Of a DNA stretch of 64,000 nucleotides, positions 55,101-64,000 are shown in pieces. Under the pieces are notes generated by a model. The model did not search any database and had not been told where the DNA came from. It saw only the letters and a list, made by a program, of their open reading frames with translations. This DNA comes from Veleropilina oligotropha (lineage: Eukaryota): NCBI GenBank assembly GCA_048128005.1, contig JBEUKZ010000093.1, positions 62,001-126,000 of the forward strand, written 5' to 3'. The stretch's first letter is position 1. Each line of letters begins with the position of its first letter. The position numbers and the translations under genes are program-made.

Positions 55101-56740
55101 TAGAATTAAAGGACGGGATATCGATTCAACACAAGCGTAATAGCGGTAAAGAGAAACGCGTGGGTCCCTATTTAATTGACGGGTTCGATGCGGCGAATCA
55201 AACATGCATGGAATTTTACGGGTGTTGGTATCACAATCATGAAAAATGCCAGAAACCGAATGAGAAATGGAAAAAACTTCAAACCCGGCGTAGAGAGGCA
55301 ACTCAATTAAAAGCTGATTTCATTCGCGGACTCGGTTATAAACTTATCACCAAATGGGAATGCGATTTCAAAATAGAAATGAAGACTGATATCGAGTTGA
55401 ATTCGTTCATTCATTCGCGACAAAATCCTTTTTACAAGCGATATCCTAACGGTGTAGACGTGCCTGGTATTTTAGAGTCCGTCGAAAACGACGTTTTATT
55501 CGGTTTTTTGGAAGTGGATATCGAAGTGCCCGAGCACTGGGGTCTCGATCACCCGCATAACACTCCATTGGATCCGAAAACATACTTTTCTGAGATGTGC
55601 CCTCTATTTTGCACGATGCCGGTTCCATACGAGGTGATAGGGGATCATATGCGCGAGCACGTCGATAAATACGATCTAAGTAAAGCCCCGCGAACTCTAC
55701 TCGTCAGCGGATTGAAGGGACGACATTTACTAATAGCCACTCCGCTTTTAAAATGGTACCTTCGACACGGACTGAAGGTGAGCGAAGTACACCAAGTGGT
55801 CGAATTCTCTAAACGACGATGTTTTAGAAAGTTCATGGACGACGTGACTAATGCGCGTCGCGAGGGCGATCGCGACAGTTCTCAATCGATAATTGCCGGT
55901 TTGTTTAAATATATCGGGAATTCGGGATACGGCGCCCTTCTCATCAGTCAGGAAAAACATTCGAATATCCTCTACGTGGATGGGGTAAAAAACGCGGGGA
56001 ACAAGGTTAATGATACAAGATTTCGCGATTTAACAGAACTCGACGACGAAGTGTTTGAAATTGAAATGGCTAAAAAAACGATTAAGTTAGATGTACCTGT
56101 GCAAATAGGGTATTTCATACTTCAATACGCCAAATTGAGGATGCTTCAATTTTATTTCGACTTCCTCGACGTATATCTAGACAGATCCTCGTTCGCTCTT
56201 ATACAGATGGACACCGATTCACTCTATTTGGCTCTAAATGCGAGCTCGCTTCGCGACGCCGTGCAGCCGCACATGAGGATGTCTTACGACCGAGCGCTTC
56301 TCTCGTTTTGTAATGACGATGTCGTGATAGAGGGAGACGGCGGTGAACATTGGCTATGTAGGACGTGTTGTCGGCGACATAATGCTTTCGACATGAGAAC
56401 TCCGGGACTGTTCAAATTCGAATTCCAGGGTACGGAAATGATTGCGCTATGCTCTAAGTCCTACCTAGTGTTTTGCTCGAAAACTGGGGACACTAAGTAC
56501 AGTCAGAAGGGAATTAATAGAACTGACGTGTTTCCGTTTAGCGAATTTAGATCAGCTCTTTTCGAGAGAACAATAGGACGCGCGATAAATAGAGGGATGC
56601 GCGCGCGTAACAATACAATCTTCTCGTACGTGCAGAGTCGTATTGGCTATCATTATTTTTACTGCAAACGAGTGATCCTCGAGGACGGCGTGTCGACGGA
56701 GCCGTTAGATTTGGTGCTCGAACCTCCAAAGCACGAATGA
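52139..56740 (+). CDS. Protein-primed family B DNA polymerase (pPolB), 1533 aa
   Basis: ExoI FDFEA, ExoII GFNSSKYD, ExoIII YNNQD, motif A DGNALY, motif B KYIGNSGYG, motif C MDTDS; N-terminal C2H2 fingers; inserted Vsr/PD-(D/E)xK-like segment. Confidence 0.97.
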   Translation: MSESNTTYACGVCHETFRTPADLIAHERITNHNAPGGSGSPASALGDEENRPLRCRRCNTLFINRKKLYRHQMEVHVENNEEIQPVPTPRNNEDTHPVGDYYYDNPDFRDIYDLHRSIILASHKRGNLKNIYNFPIDDHFHLRDIETQLQFIYSDLDCAFKINFAFGLILVHIETGEFRYFKPYFNVNILPRPVLISRYSNITKLLLRLQTMDLHGYIMRVRENTKWRCVMATNVSYTVYKTKFNLGHGQDIPAYITNSKSIVCFYRNLANGCIFADDLCVFRCLAYHIKGRVRRGINKLSKLLLRRWLAFMQLKKRSFEGIDLSDIPLFEQCFSVNVNIFSLKPCGSTNIIHTSLYRHSQTINLNYYNGHLDYISKMTSYASKYQCRVCDKLFPRLDKCTLHERSCTQQTKYKYPGGFACYRKTIFERLAEWGINVARNDDHYEWFLVFDFEAILSRCEESCKMWTYEHTPFSVSVCSNVRMYETPKFFCNESLDKLLECMILHMNDIAASAYSLAREKWIDVFAELHHLISAWCSDLSDDNGYITDDVAIDDEGQEDDDDKYIADDDDDDDDDVDSDDDNSEIVIDEVRTFEKESARQKLFRLYLERNTECEYYYSDGDKLFQTPEPIDMGSVSEKVKLYMVKQLINLINEFDRYCREIPVLGFNSSKYDLNLIKSKIAKHLQLHLKRGIGGWNNPFTIKKNNSYMCVSNGTLRFLDILQFLPPGTSYAGFLKTFHVEEEKSFFPYEWFTSADKLLESALPPPDAFYSSLKRCNTLESEMYVRFSRLLASGINESECLAQLQIDCLPISEIDKNYERLQTIWRNEGMTTMLDFLKYYNNQDTGPMCVAIERFQAFFFNKSVDIFKTCISAPGAARHLLFRYARIEGASFTLLDKRDEDIYHTIKANVIGGPSLVFHRYHKVGETLIRGVPGNTCESIIGVDGNALYLYCLGLDLPCNGLIIRKKENGFRPILRDQHEMMFHWLDWVELKDGISIQHKRNSGKEKRVGPYLIDGFDAANQTCMEFYGCWYHNHEKCQKPNEKWKKLQTRRREATQLKADFIRGLGYKLITKWECDFKIEMKTDIELNSFIHSRQNPFYKRYPNGVDVPGILESVENDVLFGFLEVDIEVPEHWGLDHPHNTPLDPKTYFSEMCPLFCTMPVPYEVIGDHMREHVDKYDLSKAPRTLLVSGLKGRHLLIATPLLKWYLRHGLKVSEVHQVVEFSKRRCFRKFMDDVTNARREGDRDSSQSIIAGLFKYIGNSGYGALLISQEKHSNILYVDGVKNAGNKVNDTRFRDLTELDDEVFEIEMAKKTIKLDVPVQIGYFILQYAKLRMLQFYFDFLDVYLDRSSFALIQMDTDSLYLALNASSLRDAVQPHMRMSYDRALLSFCNDDVVIEGDGGEHWLCRTCCRRHNAFDMRTPGLFKFEFQGTEMIALCSKSYLVFCSKTGDTKYSQKGINRTDVFPFSEFRSALFERTIGRAINRGMRARNNTIFSYVQSRIGYHYFYCKRVILEDGVSTEPLDLVLEPPKHE

Positions 56741-57161
56741 ATAGACTAGTATGTAATAATATATATATATATAATTTATTAAAATACAGGTGATACAAAT
56801 CATTGCTCAATCTAGATTGCATTCACTCCTTAATACACGCATTAAATACGACGCAATATAATCCTTAATTTGTCGATTATATGTCATAATATATATAATG
56901 TAACATTGTGAAATTAATGAATGTGATATTTCGTTCGTAAAAGTCGATTTCCTCTTATTGAACGAGGTGTTAAATTGTATATTTATTACGAGCGGCACAC
57001 ACCACATCGCCGCTCAAATTGAAGTATTATTATATTATTATTATTATTATCATTTACTGCATTACATCTAATGTAATGTAATATCCATTATCTATGTATA
57101 TATATATATTTATATATGTGTTCATCACGAAATATGTAACACTAGACACTTGATTAAAATG

Positions 57162-57725
57162 TCATTTCTTTTTATTCTTCTTCCTCTTATTTGTTTGTGG
57201 AAAAGAAGTCCATTTTCTCTTTTTCAAACGAGATGGCATCGAGGGGTGTTTATCAACTGGAACGGATGACGTCGGGGATACGTTCTTCGACGAGGTGGTA
57301 TTATTATTATTATTATCATTAACTATTAACTTCTTCCTTCGTACATTGTACACCAACGCTTCCGGTACACGAGCTTCGCGCAGTGCGTGATAGAATTCGT
57401 TGTATCCGATAGGTGTTTGCGAGTCGTCTGGATGCGATTGTGTTGGAGATGAAGTGGCATCTTTGATCAGTTCGAATATATCACTACCTTGTATAATTTC
57501 ACCTTTAATGAGTAATCTGTTCTTTTCATCCCAATCGATAATTTTACCGACGCTGTCGACGATGTAGGAAAGTAAATCTTGAGCTCTTGACACTTGCGCT
57601 GAGTTGTTATTACCAACGAAGGCAGATCCTGCGCCGGTCTGTTCGGGAGAATGAGAGCGAGTGTTACTATCCTTTGTCATTAAGTCGTACTTCGACTTGG
57701 CGATTAATATCAGTTCACGCGCCAT
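57162..57725 (-). CDS. Polinton accessory protein, 187 aa
   Basis: IDWDEKNRLLIKGEIIQGSDIFELIKD..PIGYNEFYHALREARVP resembles a recurrent Polinton ORF; basic C-terminus; overlaps upstream ORF by 11 nt. Confidence 0.75.
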   Translation of the reverse strand: MARELILIAKSKYDLMTKDSNTRSHSPEQTGAGSAFVGNNNSAQVSRAQDLLSYIVDSVGKIIDWDEKNRLLIKGEIIQGSDIFELIKDATSSPTQSHPDDSQTPIGYNEFYHALREARVPEALVYNVRRKKLIVNDNNNNNTTSSKNVSPTSSVPVDKHPSMPSRLKKRKWTSFPQTNKRKKNKKK

Positions 57726-58038
57726 GTTTATTCAGACGTTTTATTACACCGCGGAGGATGATAGGGATCACTTTTACTATTTTTGTCAATTGCGTACGTC
57801 TCCTTTTCACGCCGAGTTTCGAATCGGAGATAACGTGTAACGCCTTTCGGTATTTGCGTAATGCAGCTTTATTGGGCGTAGAAATAAATATATTTCCGTC
57901 CAGAAGATTCTTCACTATTTCGCTTAAAACGTTAATCTGATCTGACGAGCTCGCCTTGATGACTGCTATTCGCTGATGTTTCTCGGCGGTGTTAAGAAAA
58001 TTGAGTAACTTTAAATGCAACCTTATCGCTTTGGTCAT
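57715..58038 (-). CDS. Small basic Polinton protein (PW-like), 107 aa
   Basis: LSEIVKNLLDGNI...LRKYRKALH...KRRR pattern; located directly downstream of ATPase. Confidence 0.75.
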   Translation of the reverse strand: MTKAIRLHLKLLNFLNTAEKHQRIAVIKASSSDQINVLSEIVKNLLDGNIFISTPNKAALRKYRKALHVISDSKLGVKRRRTQLTKIVKVIPIILRGVIKRLNKHGA

Positions 58039-58073
58039 GACGATGGAATGCTCCTGTTAAATGCAGTAACCAC

Positions 58074-58769
58074 TTATATACTAACGAAAACAATTCCATC
58101 TTCGCCTGGGAATATTTTCGTGCGCAATTTATACACGTCAGCTGAATGTGGGGAGAGGTCGATTAATAAATACCCGTATTGTTCTTTCGTCGCCAATTCG
58201 TATGAAGCCATAAAGTAATTCGTTCTGCCGGGCATTATTTGCCTGGCCAGCGTTCGCACCTGAGAACCATCTCGTCTATTACGAAATAACACTATACTGT
58301 GACAATTCAAACTAATCGTCCTCGCCCACTTCCCCGGCATGAATATGTTCTGAGTGATAAATAGAACACTGATATTTCTGTGATGACATTTAATGGTGAA
58401 CAATGCAACCATATCCCGACTATTGGTTATTTCGCTACACAAGTCGTCGAGGCAGATTAATATCGGACCCGCCATTTGCGACCACTCGTCGATTTCCGTT
58501 GTTGTCGGCAATCCTTGCTTCATGATAATGGAAGGTATTGTTTGCTCCATTGTCTCGTAGAGGGGTTGCCATTCAGAGTAGGCGTACACGATGTTTCGAG
58601 GTGGATCTATAAACATTCCATGCATATTTTGCATCAATCGGAAGACAAATCGCGTCTTCCCACTCTGGGTGGGTCCCACGATTTGCATGGATAATGGGTT
58701 TCTGAATCGTAGCAGACTTTCTGTTTCCCACCAACCTTGCAAAGCAGCTTCGTCAACTCTATCCTCCAT
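58074..58769 (-). CDS. A32/FtsK-like genome packaging ATPase
   Basis: Walker A GPTQSGKT, Walker B ICLDD, HHRNISVLFITQNIF, RTISLN, YGYLLIDL. Confidence 0.95.
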   Translation of the reverse strand: MEDRVDEAALQGWWETESLLRFRNPLSMQIVGPTQSGKTRFVFRLMQNMHGMFIDPPRNIVYAYSEWQPLYETMEQTIPSIIMKQGLPTTTEIDEWSQMAGPILICLDDLCSEITNSRDMVALFTIKCHHRNISVLFITQNIFMPGKWARTISLNCHSIVLFRNRRDGSQVRTLARQIMPGRTNYFMASYELATKEQYGYLLIDLSPHSADVYKLRTKIFPGEDGIVFVSI

Positions 58770-59135
58770 GGTGATTAATGTTTAATGATCGATGCGGGCG
58801 TGGAGTCGTAGATTTAATTATATTTAAATGTCACGTGTTCTAATATAATATATATACGTACATATCGTACATCGATCAAGGTGTTGACATTATTTGTTCG
58901 AGTTGCTAATGATGATTGTTGACGTTTCCTGTACACTAACGCGGGATGCGATGGTTCGAACTCCTCGATCGGAATTATACAAGACGGAAAAGGATCCTTC
59001 GCCTTTCCACATCACCACACTTCTTTTCTTAGTACGGAGAAGAACAAGAGGGACAAAACGATTGAAATATTTGAATACATTTTAATCGGAATATCGGTAT
59101 AATACAACACTCACAAATGTCATGCGATATATACG

Positions 59136-59180
<45 letters not shown>

Positions 59181-59310
59181 AATATTATATGCGTATAAAA
59201 GTAATATATTTGTTTTAAAAGGATTTATTGATTACTCTATCTAGGAATATATATAAAATATAGTCGTTCGAAATGACAGGTCTCTCTATTCATGATACTA
59301 ATATAATAAT

Positions 59311-59354
<44 letters not shown>

Positions 59355-59397
59355 CGCAAACACTACCCTAGGCAACATAATTATTATTATTAATATA

Positions 59398-60720
59398 TTA
59401 CGTCACCAAATATCGTATTTCTCGAGATTTGTCCACTTCCAAAATGGTTGGAAAAAGTGCGAATGCAATGCAACTGATCGTCTCTTGGGGTGATGAGCGA
59501 AATTTCACCTCTATTCTGACATTCCCTCGTTTGATTAGATTAACATATCGCTCTTCTTCGTAATCGTCCGGTTCGAGTGTGAATGCGTACATAGCGTATC
59601 CATTGATGAATTCCAATCTGCCTATGTTTAGCCCCGCTTGCATGTCCGTCGTTAGCGAGTTTTGAAATAAACTATTTAGCGCGCTGGAGAAATTCTTATT
59701 CGTGCCATAGTCCAATTTCATCGGCGGTGATGGCCTGCTCTCGCCGTCGATGTAAATAGCGATATCGGAAATATTAAAATGTTGAAAATTGAAGGGATTC
59801 TTCGAATAACTTCCACTCACGGCGGACTGTGTTGCAAAAGCTATTACAATTTTATTCGGAAGCGAGGACATGAATACATTATCCCATATAAAGTCATTCG
59901 AATTAGCAGAAATGGCATTCATTTTCACCTCGACCCTATTGAAGTAGTATTGCACCGGTTGACGTTCTATTTGCTGTGCATGACTCATTAGTATTCCCGG
60001 ATCAAGTTTTAATTTGCACGCCGATATATAAACATCTTCAAGGACTATTTTGTAATCCGGATTCGCTTCGGCGGACATTAACGCGAATTGTGCTGTACTT
60101 CGGTACATTTTAATGAATACATCGACGCCGTTGATTAAATATTTATCTAAAGAAAACAAATCCTCCATCAATACACCTTCCATGTCGAAAGAACGACTCT
60201 CCCTCGTGAAGACATAGCGTCGGATGAGTCCGGTATTCGGTTGTCCGATAGCATCGCCGCTGTCCATTGGCGTGGAATCTTTTTCAAACATCTGCGGTTG
60301 CAGCACGCTTTCCTGATGTTCCTTGCTCGATCCCATCATCGTCTTCATGTAGGCCTTGTGAGGAAAATTAGTCGTGTTGAAGGACACTAATTTTCCATTG
60401 AGAAAAATATCTATTTGACTCCACATCGTTTGCAGTGGAAGATTAATAATTCCTACTTTCTCACCGACTGCTAATGCGCTGCCGTTCGCCTTAACGATCT
60501 TCGCTTTAACGTGCAATCGAGTTTTCGCTAAATTCATGTAATCCGCCCCCTGTCCTGGTATTAGAATTTCCACCGGGGAGGAGTCTGTAGCGATGGAGGA
60601 TATGGGTCGGCATTCTGTGTAATATTCCTTTTCGATAGCAACCTGGTTCGGCGGACTCGAGAAAAGAGATAGTTCGATAGGTTGGGCAATTTCGCGATTA
60701 GCTTCGCTTAAAAATGCCAT
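59398..60720 (-). CDS. Major capsid protein (double jelly-roll, PY-type), 440 aa
   Basis: MAFL...ELSLFSSPPNQVAIE..YYTECRPIS, KYLINGVD, GSYSKNPFNFQHF, EFINGYAMYAFTL, GNVRIEVKF: typical Polinton MCP pattern. Confidence 0.9.
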   Translation of the reverse strand: MAFLSEANREIAQPIELSLFSSPPNQVAIEKEYYTECRPISSIATDSSPVEILIPGQGADYMNLAKTRLHVKAKIVKANGSALAVGEKVGIINLPLQTMWSQIDIFLNGKLVSFNTTNFPHKAYMKTMMGSSKEHQESVLQPQMFEKDSTPMDSGDAIGQPNTGLIRRYVFTRESRSFDMEGVLMEDLFSLDKYLINGVDVFIKMYRSTAQFALMSAEANPDYKIVLEDVYISACKLKLDPGILMSHAQQIERQPVQYYFNRVEVKMNAISANSNDFIWDNVFMSSLPNKIVIAFATQSAVSGSYSKNPFNFQHFNISDIAIYIDGESRPSPPMKLDYGTNKNFSSALNSLFQNSLTTDMQAGLNIGRLEFINGYAMYAFTLEPDDYEEERYVNLIKRGNVRIEVKFRSSPQETISCIAFALFPTILEVDKSREIRYLVT

Positions 60721-60740
60721 TTCTTTGTTTTGTTTTGTTT

Positions 60741-61217
60741 TTACTTGTCAGACCATATGTCTTTCGATTGACGCTTTTTCTCCTTCCTTTTCTTCTTGCT
60801 CTTCTCGTTATCGTTCTGCACTTTCCTCTCGACGCCGGCCTTTCGCTTTCTAACGGGATTCGTCAGAGCATTGTTTTTTATAGAGGTCTTTCGACGGGTG
60901 GGACGCGATGATTGGTTGTCTTTTTTTTTTTTTTTTTGCTTGGATGCAGCGGGGGAGACGTGAGGAACATCATCCGTTTTTTCTCTCTCCAAATTCCCTT
61001 TGGCGCGTTCTACAATCGAGGCGATCGGTGTGACCTGTTGCATTTTGATTTGAGTGTCGACATGTCGATTTACCGGTATTAAAAACGATTTCTTAAATGA
61101 GACGAACTTTCGACGGCCCTTTCTCGCATAGTCGTACGGATTAAACTTTTTCTCCGACATGTTTTCATAGAACGCCTTCCAAGTGGCGGGATCTGAAACG
61201 TATATCGATCCGGGCAT
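60741..61217 (-). CDS. Basic putative core/DNA-condensing protein, 158 aa
   Basis: Lys/Arg-rich C-half ending DIW; located between mCP and MCP with 4-nt and 20-nt gaps. Confidence 0.7.
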   Translation of the reverse strand: MPGSIYVSDPATWKAFYENMSEKKFNPYDYARKGRRKFVSFKKSFLIPVNRHVDTQIKMQQVTPIASIVERAKGNLEREKTDDVPHVSPAASKQKKKKKDNQSSRPTRRKTSIKNNALTNPVRKRKAGVERKVQNDNEKSKKKRKEKKRQSKDIWSDK

Positions 61218-61221
61218 TCGC

Positions 61222-61638
61222 TCACGACGTCACTCTCTTCACATCGACCTCGCATGTGACGGGTCCGTGTAAGAATGATGCTTCCTCGCCTGTTCTATCG
61301 TTTATAGTTATGTGTATCTGATGGATTTCACCTAATCTCACGGGTATATAGACGGGATTGCAGATTATCGTATTCTCATTGGCTTCACCAGTTAGATGCA
61401 CTCGTTTTAATAACGGCTCTTCACGAGAACCAACGAATGATACATCGCACAAATTGCAATACACGTAGATATCGCTCGCTATCGGTTCTACCGCGCGAGT
61501 GGTAGTCGCAATTTCCCAAAGTGCCACTTCCCACGATCCTCTCAGGTTAATCGACTGTGACAGTTGTACTTTAAAATTAAACGGAGTATTTTTAGGAAAA
61601 AGGTTGATGCTGTCAGTGGAGCGACAAATGAATCGCAT
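61222..61638 (-). CDS. Minor capsid (penton, PX-like) protein, minimal 138 aa
   Basis: FPKNTPFNFKVQL..I.L.GSWEVALWEI, IYVYCNLC..SFVG....LLKRV, VYIPV, I.ITIND..GE. Confidence 0.8.
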   Translation of the reverse strand: MRFICRSTDSINLFPKNTPFNFKVQLSQSINLRGSWEVALWEIATTTRAVEPIASDIYVYCNLCDVSFVGSREEPLLKRVHLTGEANENTIICNPVYIPVRLGEIHQIHITINDRTGEEASFLHGPVTCEVDVKRVTS

Positions 61639-61642
61639 GGTC

Positions 61643-62764
61643 TCAATTAATGTTCACTTCTCTCTCGCGAATCCACGAATTAAACGAGGGAGGCCATCCC
61701 GTCCATTTAATAAGTACCTCGCTGTTCTTTCCCTTACCCCTACGTCCGATTATTTCCTCTATCCCCCAGATCGTCGCATCGTGGATGTTAACCTTTTGTA
61801 ACTCGGACGGGTAAAATGTTCCAGTCACATCTTCGCCGGCGAAATCTTTCAACTTGTAAAAATAGAGACCCTCCTCGTGTTTTACATCGGTCACCACGAA
61901 GACTTCCCTAGTCCATTTCTCATCGTAGGTGCGTTGAAATGTTTTCTTTATGTGCGTGATTCTCACGTTATCGCCTACCTTTATATCACTATTTGGATTG
62001 TCAATTTCATTATGATTCGTTTCATTCATGTACTGTTTGTTCCACAACCGAGTTTCATTTTGTAAATTAACACCAGCCGGTGGTAACTGACCAAGTGATC
62101 TATGGGGTCTGTTGTTATAATTAAACACCATCTCGGCTAGTACGTCGATATACCTGTAAGTGTTGTTTTTCGTAAAGTATCTGTACATCACGTCCTTAAT
62201 AGTCCGTATCACTCTTTCGGCGAAATTAGCCTTAACTTCATTCTCAGTTTGAAATTGCTTCACCGAATGTTGGGCGAGAAGTTTTTTAACATCCTCGTTC
62301 GCGAATTCTTTCCCTTTATCCGAACGAATCGTCCACGGTTTCCTATTACTACTACCGCTACTTAGCACCTCTCTCAATCCGTTGGCTACGGATGGTCCGC
62401 TTTTATTTTTTATCGGTATAACCCATAGGTATCTCGAGAAAATATCTATGACGAAAAGTAAGAATTTGAAGTCGTCGTTGTATTTAGATAAATTAGTGAC
62501 GTCGGCTAAATCCATATCCCATTGCGCGTCGATCCCGCTGACGATGACCCTTCTTCTTCTAAACTTGTAGCGCACGGGTCTCTGAAGACTGTACGCTTCC
62601 TGGTTTTCCAACCATTGCTTTATCTTTTTCCTCCCGACTTTGAATTCGCCTTCAGCCCTGACGATTCTGTATAATTTGTCGGGTCCTGTGTAGGACGCCG
62701 GATGATCGGTGTTAAAGTATATATCGTTTAAATATCGCGCAACACCGTCGTCATCCTCGGTCAT
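61643..62764 (-). CDS. Retroviral-like (RVE) integrase with C-terminal chromodomain, 373 aa
   Basis: DDE triad WDMDL / SDKGKEF / AERVIRTIK; YNNRPHRSL; VGDNVRI; VLIKWTGWPPSFNSWI. Confidence 0.96.
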   Translation of the reverse strand: MTEDDDGVARYLNDIYFNTDHPASYTGPDKLYRIVRAEGEFKVGRKKIKQWLENQEAYSLQRPVRYKFRRRRVIVSGIDAQWDMDLADVTNLSKYNDDFKFLLFVIDIFSRYLWVIPIKNKSGPSVANGLREVLSSGSSNRKPWTIRSDKGKEFANEDVKKLLAQHSVKQFQTENEVKANFAERVIRTIKDVMYRYFTKNNTYRYIDVLAEMVFNYNNRPHRSLGQLPPAGVNLQNETRLWNKQYMNETNHNEIDNPNSDIKVGDNVRITHIKKTFQRTYDEKWTREVFVVTDVKHEEGLYFYKLKDFAGEDVTGTFYPSELQKVNIHDATIWGIEEIIGRRGKGKNSEVLIKWTGWPPSFNSWIREREVNIN

Positions 62765-62918
62765 TACGAATGTGCGTTGTGTTGGATAAAAACCACTGCT
62801 ATATCGTCGTCGTTGTTTTCAGTGAATAGACGGCGTATATTCTCGCGGGGATGATTCGATAGTAGTACTCTCGATCGACTCGCTTCCCCGAACACGCGGT
62901 GACGGCGCAATTACACGC

Positions 62919-63547
62919 ATATACAGGACGCCCGAAACTTCACGCATCGAGACCGCGCGCGCACCCGCGCCTCGCCACGGCGAGCGACGGGGCGGGGAAG
63001 CGCCGCCCCCTGGGGTTGGTGGTAGAGCCGGCGAACTCGCGATCGCCGCGTTCGAGCCTCGGCGGCGGCGAACGGCGCCGTCTGCGCTCGAGGGGAGAGC
63101 AGACAGCGGGGATGGCAGCTTACAGTGGATCACCGCTTATCTCCCTTTCATCGCTCTTCGACAACTTCCGGTTGGGGGTGATAATGCATCGGAGACGTAA
63201 CATCAAGGGAGGGAAGCGTTGACCGCTTACAGTGGATCACCGATTGTCTCCCTTTCATCGCTCTTCGACAAATTCACATAGGGGAGATAATTCGCTTACC
63301 TCCCTTTGAGCACTCTTCGATCACTTCCGGAAGGGGAGATAATCCCATGAGGGACGTTACATCAAGGGAGAGAAGCGATGACACCTTAAAATGCATCTCA
63401 AACCATCTGGGGTTACCTCCCTTCGACCACTAATCGTCAAGTTACGGTAGGGGAGATAACCCAAAGTCACCTTCCGGTGCATACAGGTCGAGTAAGGGAG
63501 ATAACTTTGCAGATTTTAAGGGCGTTAATCCCCCACTCTACACTACT
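62919..63547 (-). repeat. Polinton right TIR
   Basis: Reverse complement of 43350-43978. Confidence 0.95.
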
Positions 63548-64000
63548 CGCCCTTGACAAATATCCGCAACCGGACCGGTTCCGACGCCCATGCTGGGGAA
63601 AATGCTCAAGTCACTATGAGTTTATCTGAATTTCTGTTTCCAGCCACAATTCAAATCTGTCTCGCTTTTAATTACCTCGCACTGAGTGACATTTTCAATT
63701 GGTATAGTTGGAGCACAGTTGCGTAGATTTCTGCTCGTCAAGTAAGATAGCTTTCTACTTGACAATAATATATATTGTTCAGTTACAATAATAATGATCA
63801 TATCTTTGCGAAATTTGTATCAATCCGCAAACCGTGCGATAGAGGGTGATCAGTCATGCTACACAGTTACGGAAATGGCACATTTACAAGCAATAGTTTC
63901 TTTAAGCCATGCTGGAGCGGTGGTTTGAACCCACATCTTACAGTTTCCGATGCTCTAGCAGTTGCACTGTCGACGACAGTTTTACCCAGGGTTTGAAATT

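Noticed and set aside
59030..59135. Minus-strand peptide HDICECC...CPSC resembling half a RING, and possible protease relic between MCP and ATPase
   Set aside because: About 30 codons, no start or clear acceptor, and no protease catalytic motifs.

Overview
AT-rich, repeat-dense animal genomic DNA; an invertebrate, probably lophotrochozoan, origin is inferred only from the repeat types. The left 25 kb holds 13 minus-strand coding exons of a host DUF4062-NACHT (NWD1/NWD2-like) gene that runs off the window start. Its introns contain a 59/62-bp minisatellite, a frameshifted Academ (AcademX-type) DNA transposon with a 3-bp TSD, two nested LINE fragments, SINEs and MITEs. The 25-43 kb region is non-coding: a 4.7-kb 49/35-bp array, a foldback element with a nested Helitron, and SINEs. 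Position 43350-63547 is a complete 20.2-kb Polinton/Maverick endogenous virus with 629-bp TIRs (identical by eye) and a 6-bp TSD CGCCCT. It encodes intact pPolB, packaging ATPase, major and minimal minor capsid proteins, integrase-chromodomain and three accessory proteins, but no recognisable maturation protease. Its left arm is an unusual cargo region. There the ORF track fragments join through canonical in-frame GT-AG introns into a type-I membrane glycoprotein (signal peptide, 6-Cys ectodomain, mucin stalk). This protein can apparently take either of two TM/cytoplasmic tails by alternative splicing. The arm also carries a C4HC3 zinc-finger ORF, a 245/246-bp repeat array and a diverged host SINE fragment. 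All calls were made by eye, with no database searches.
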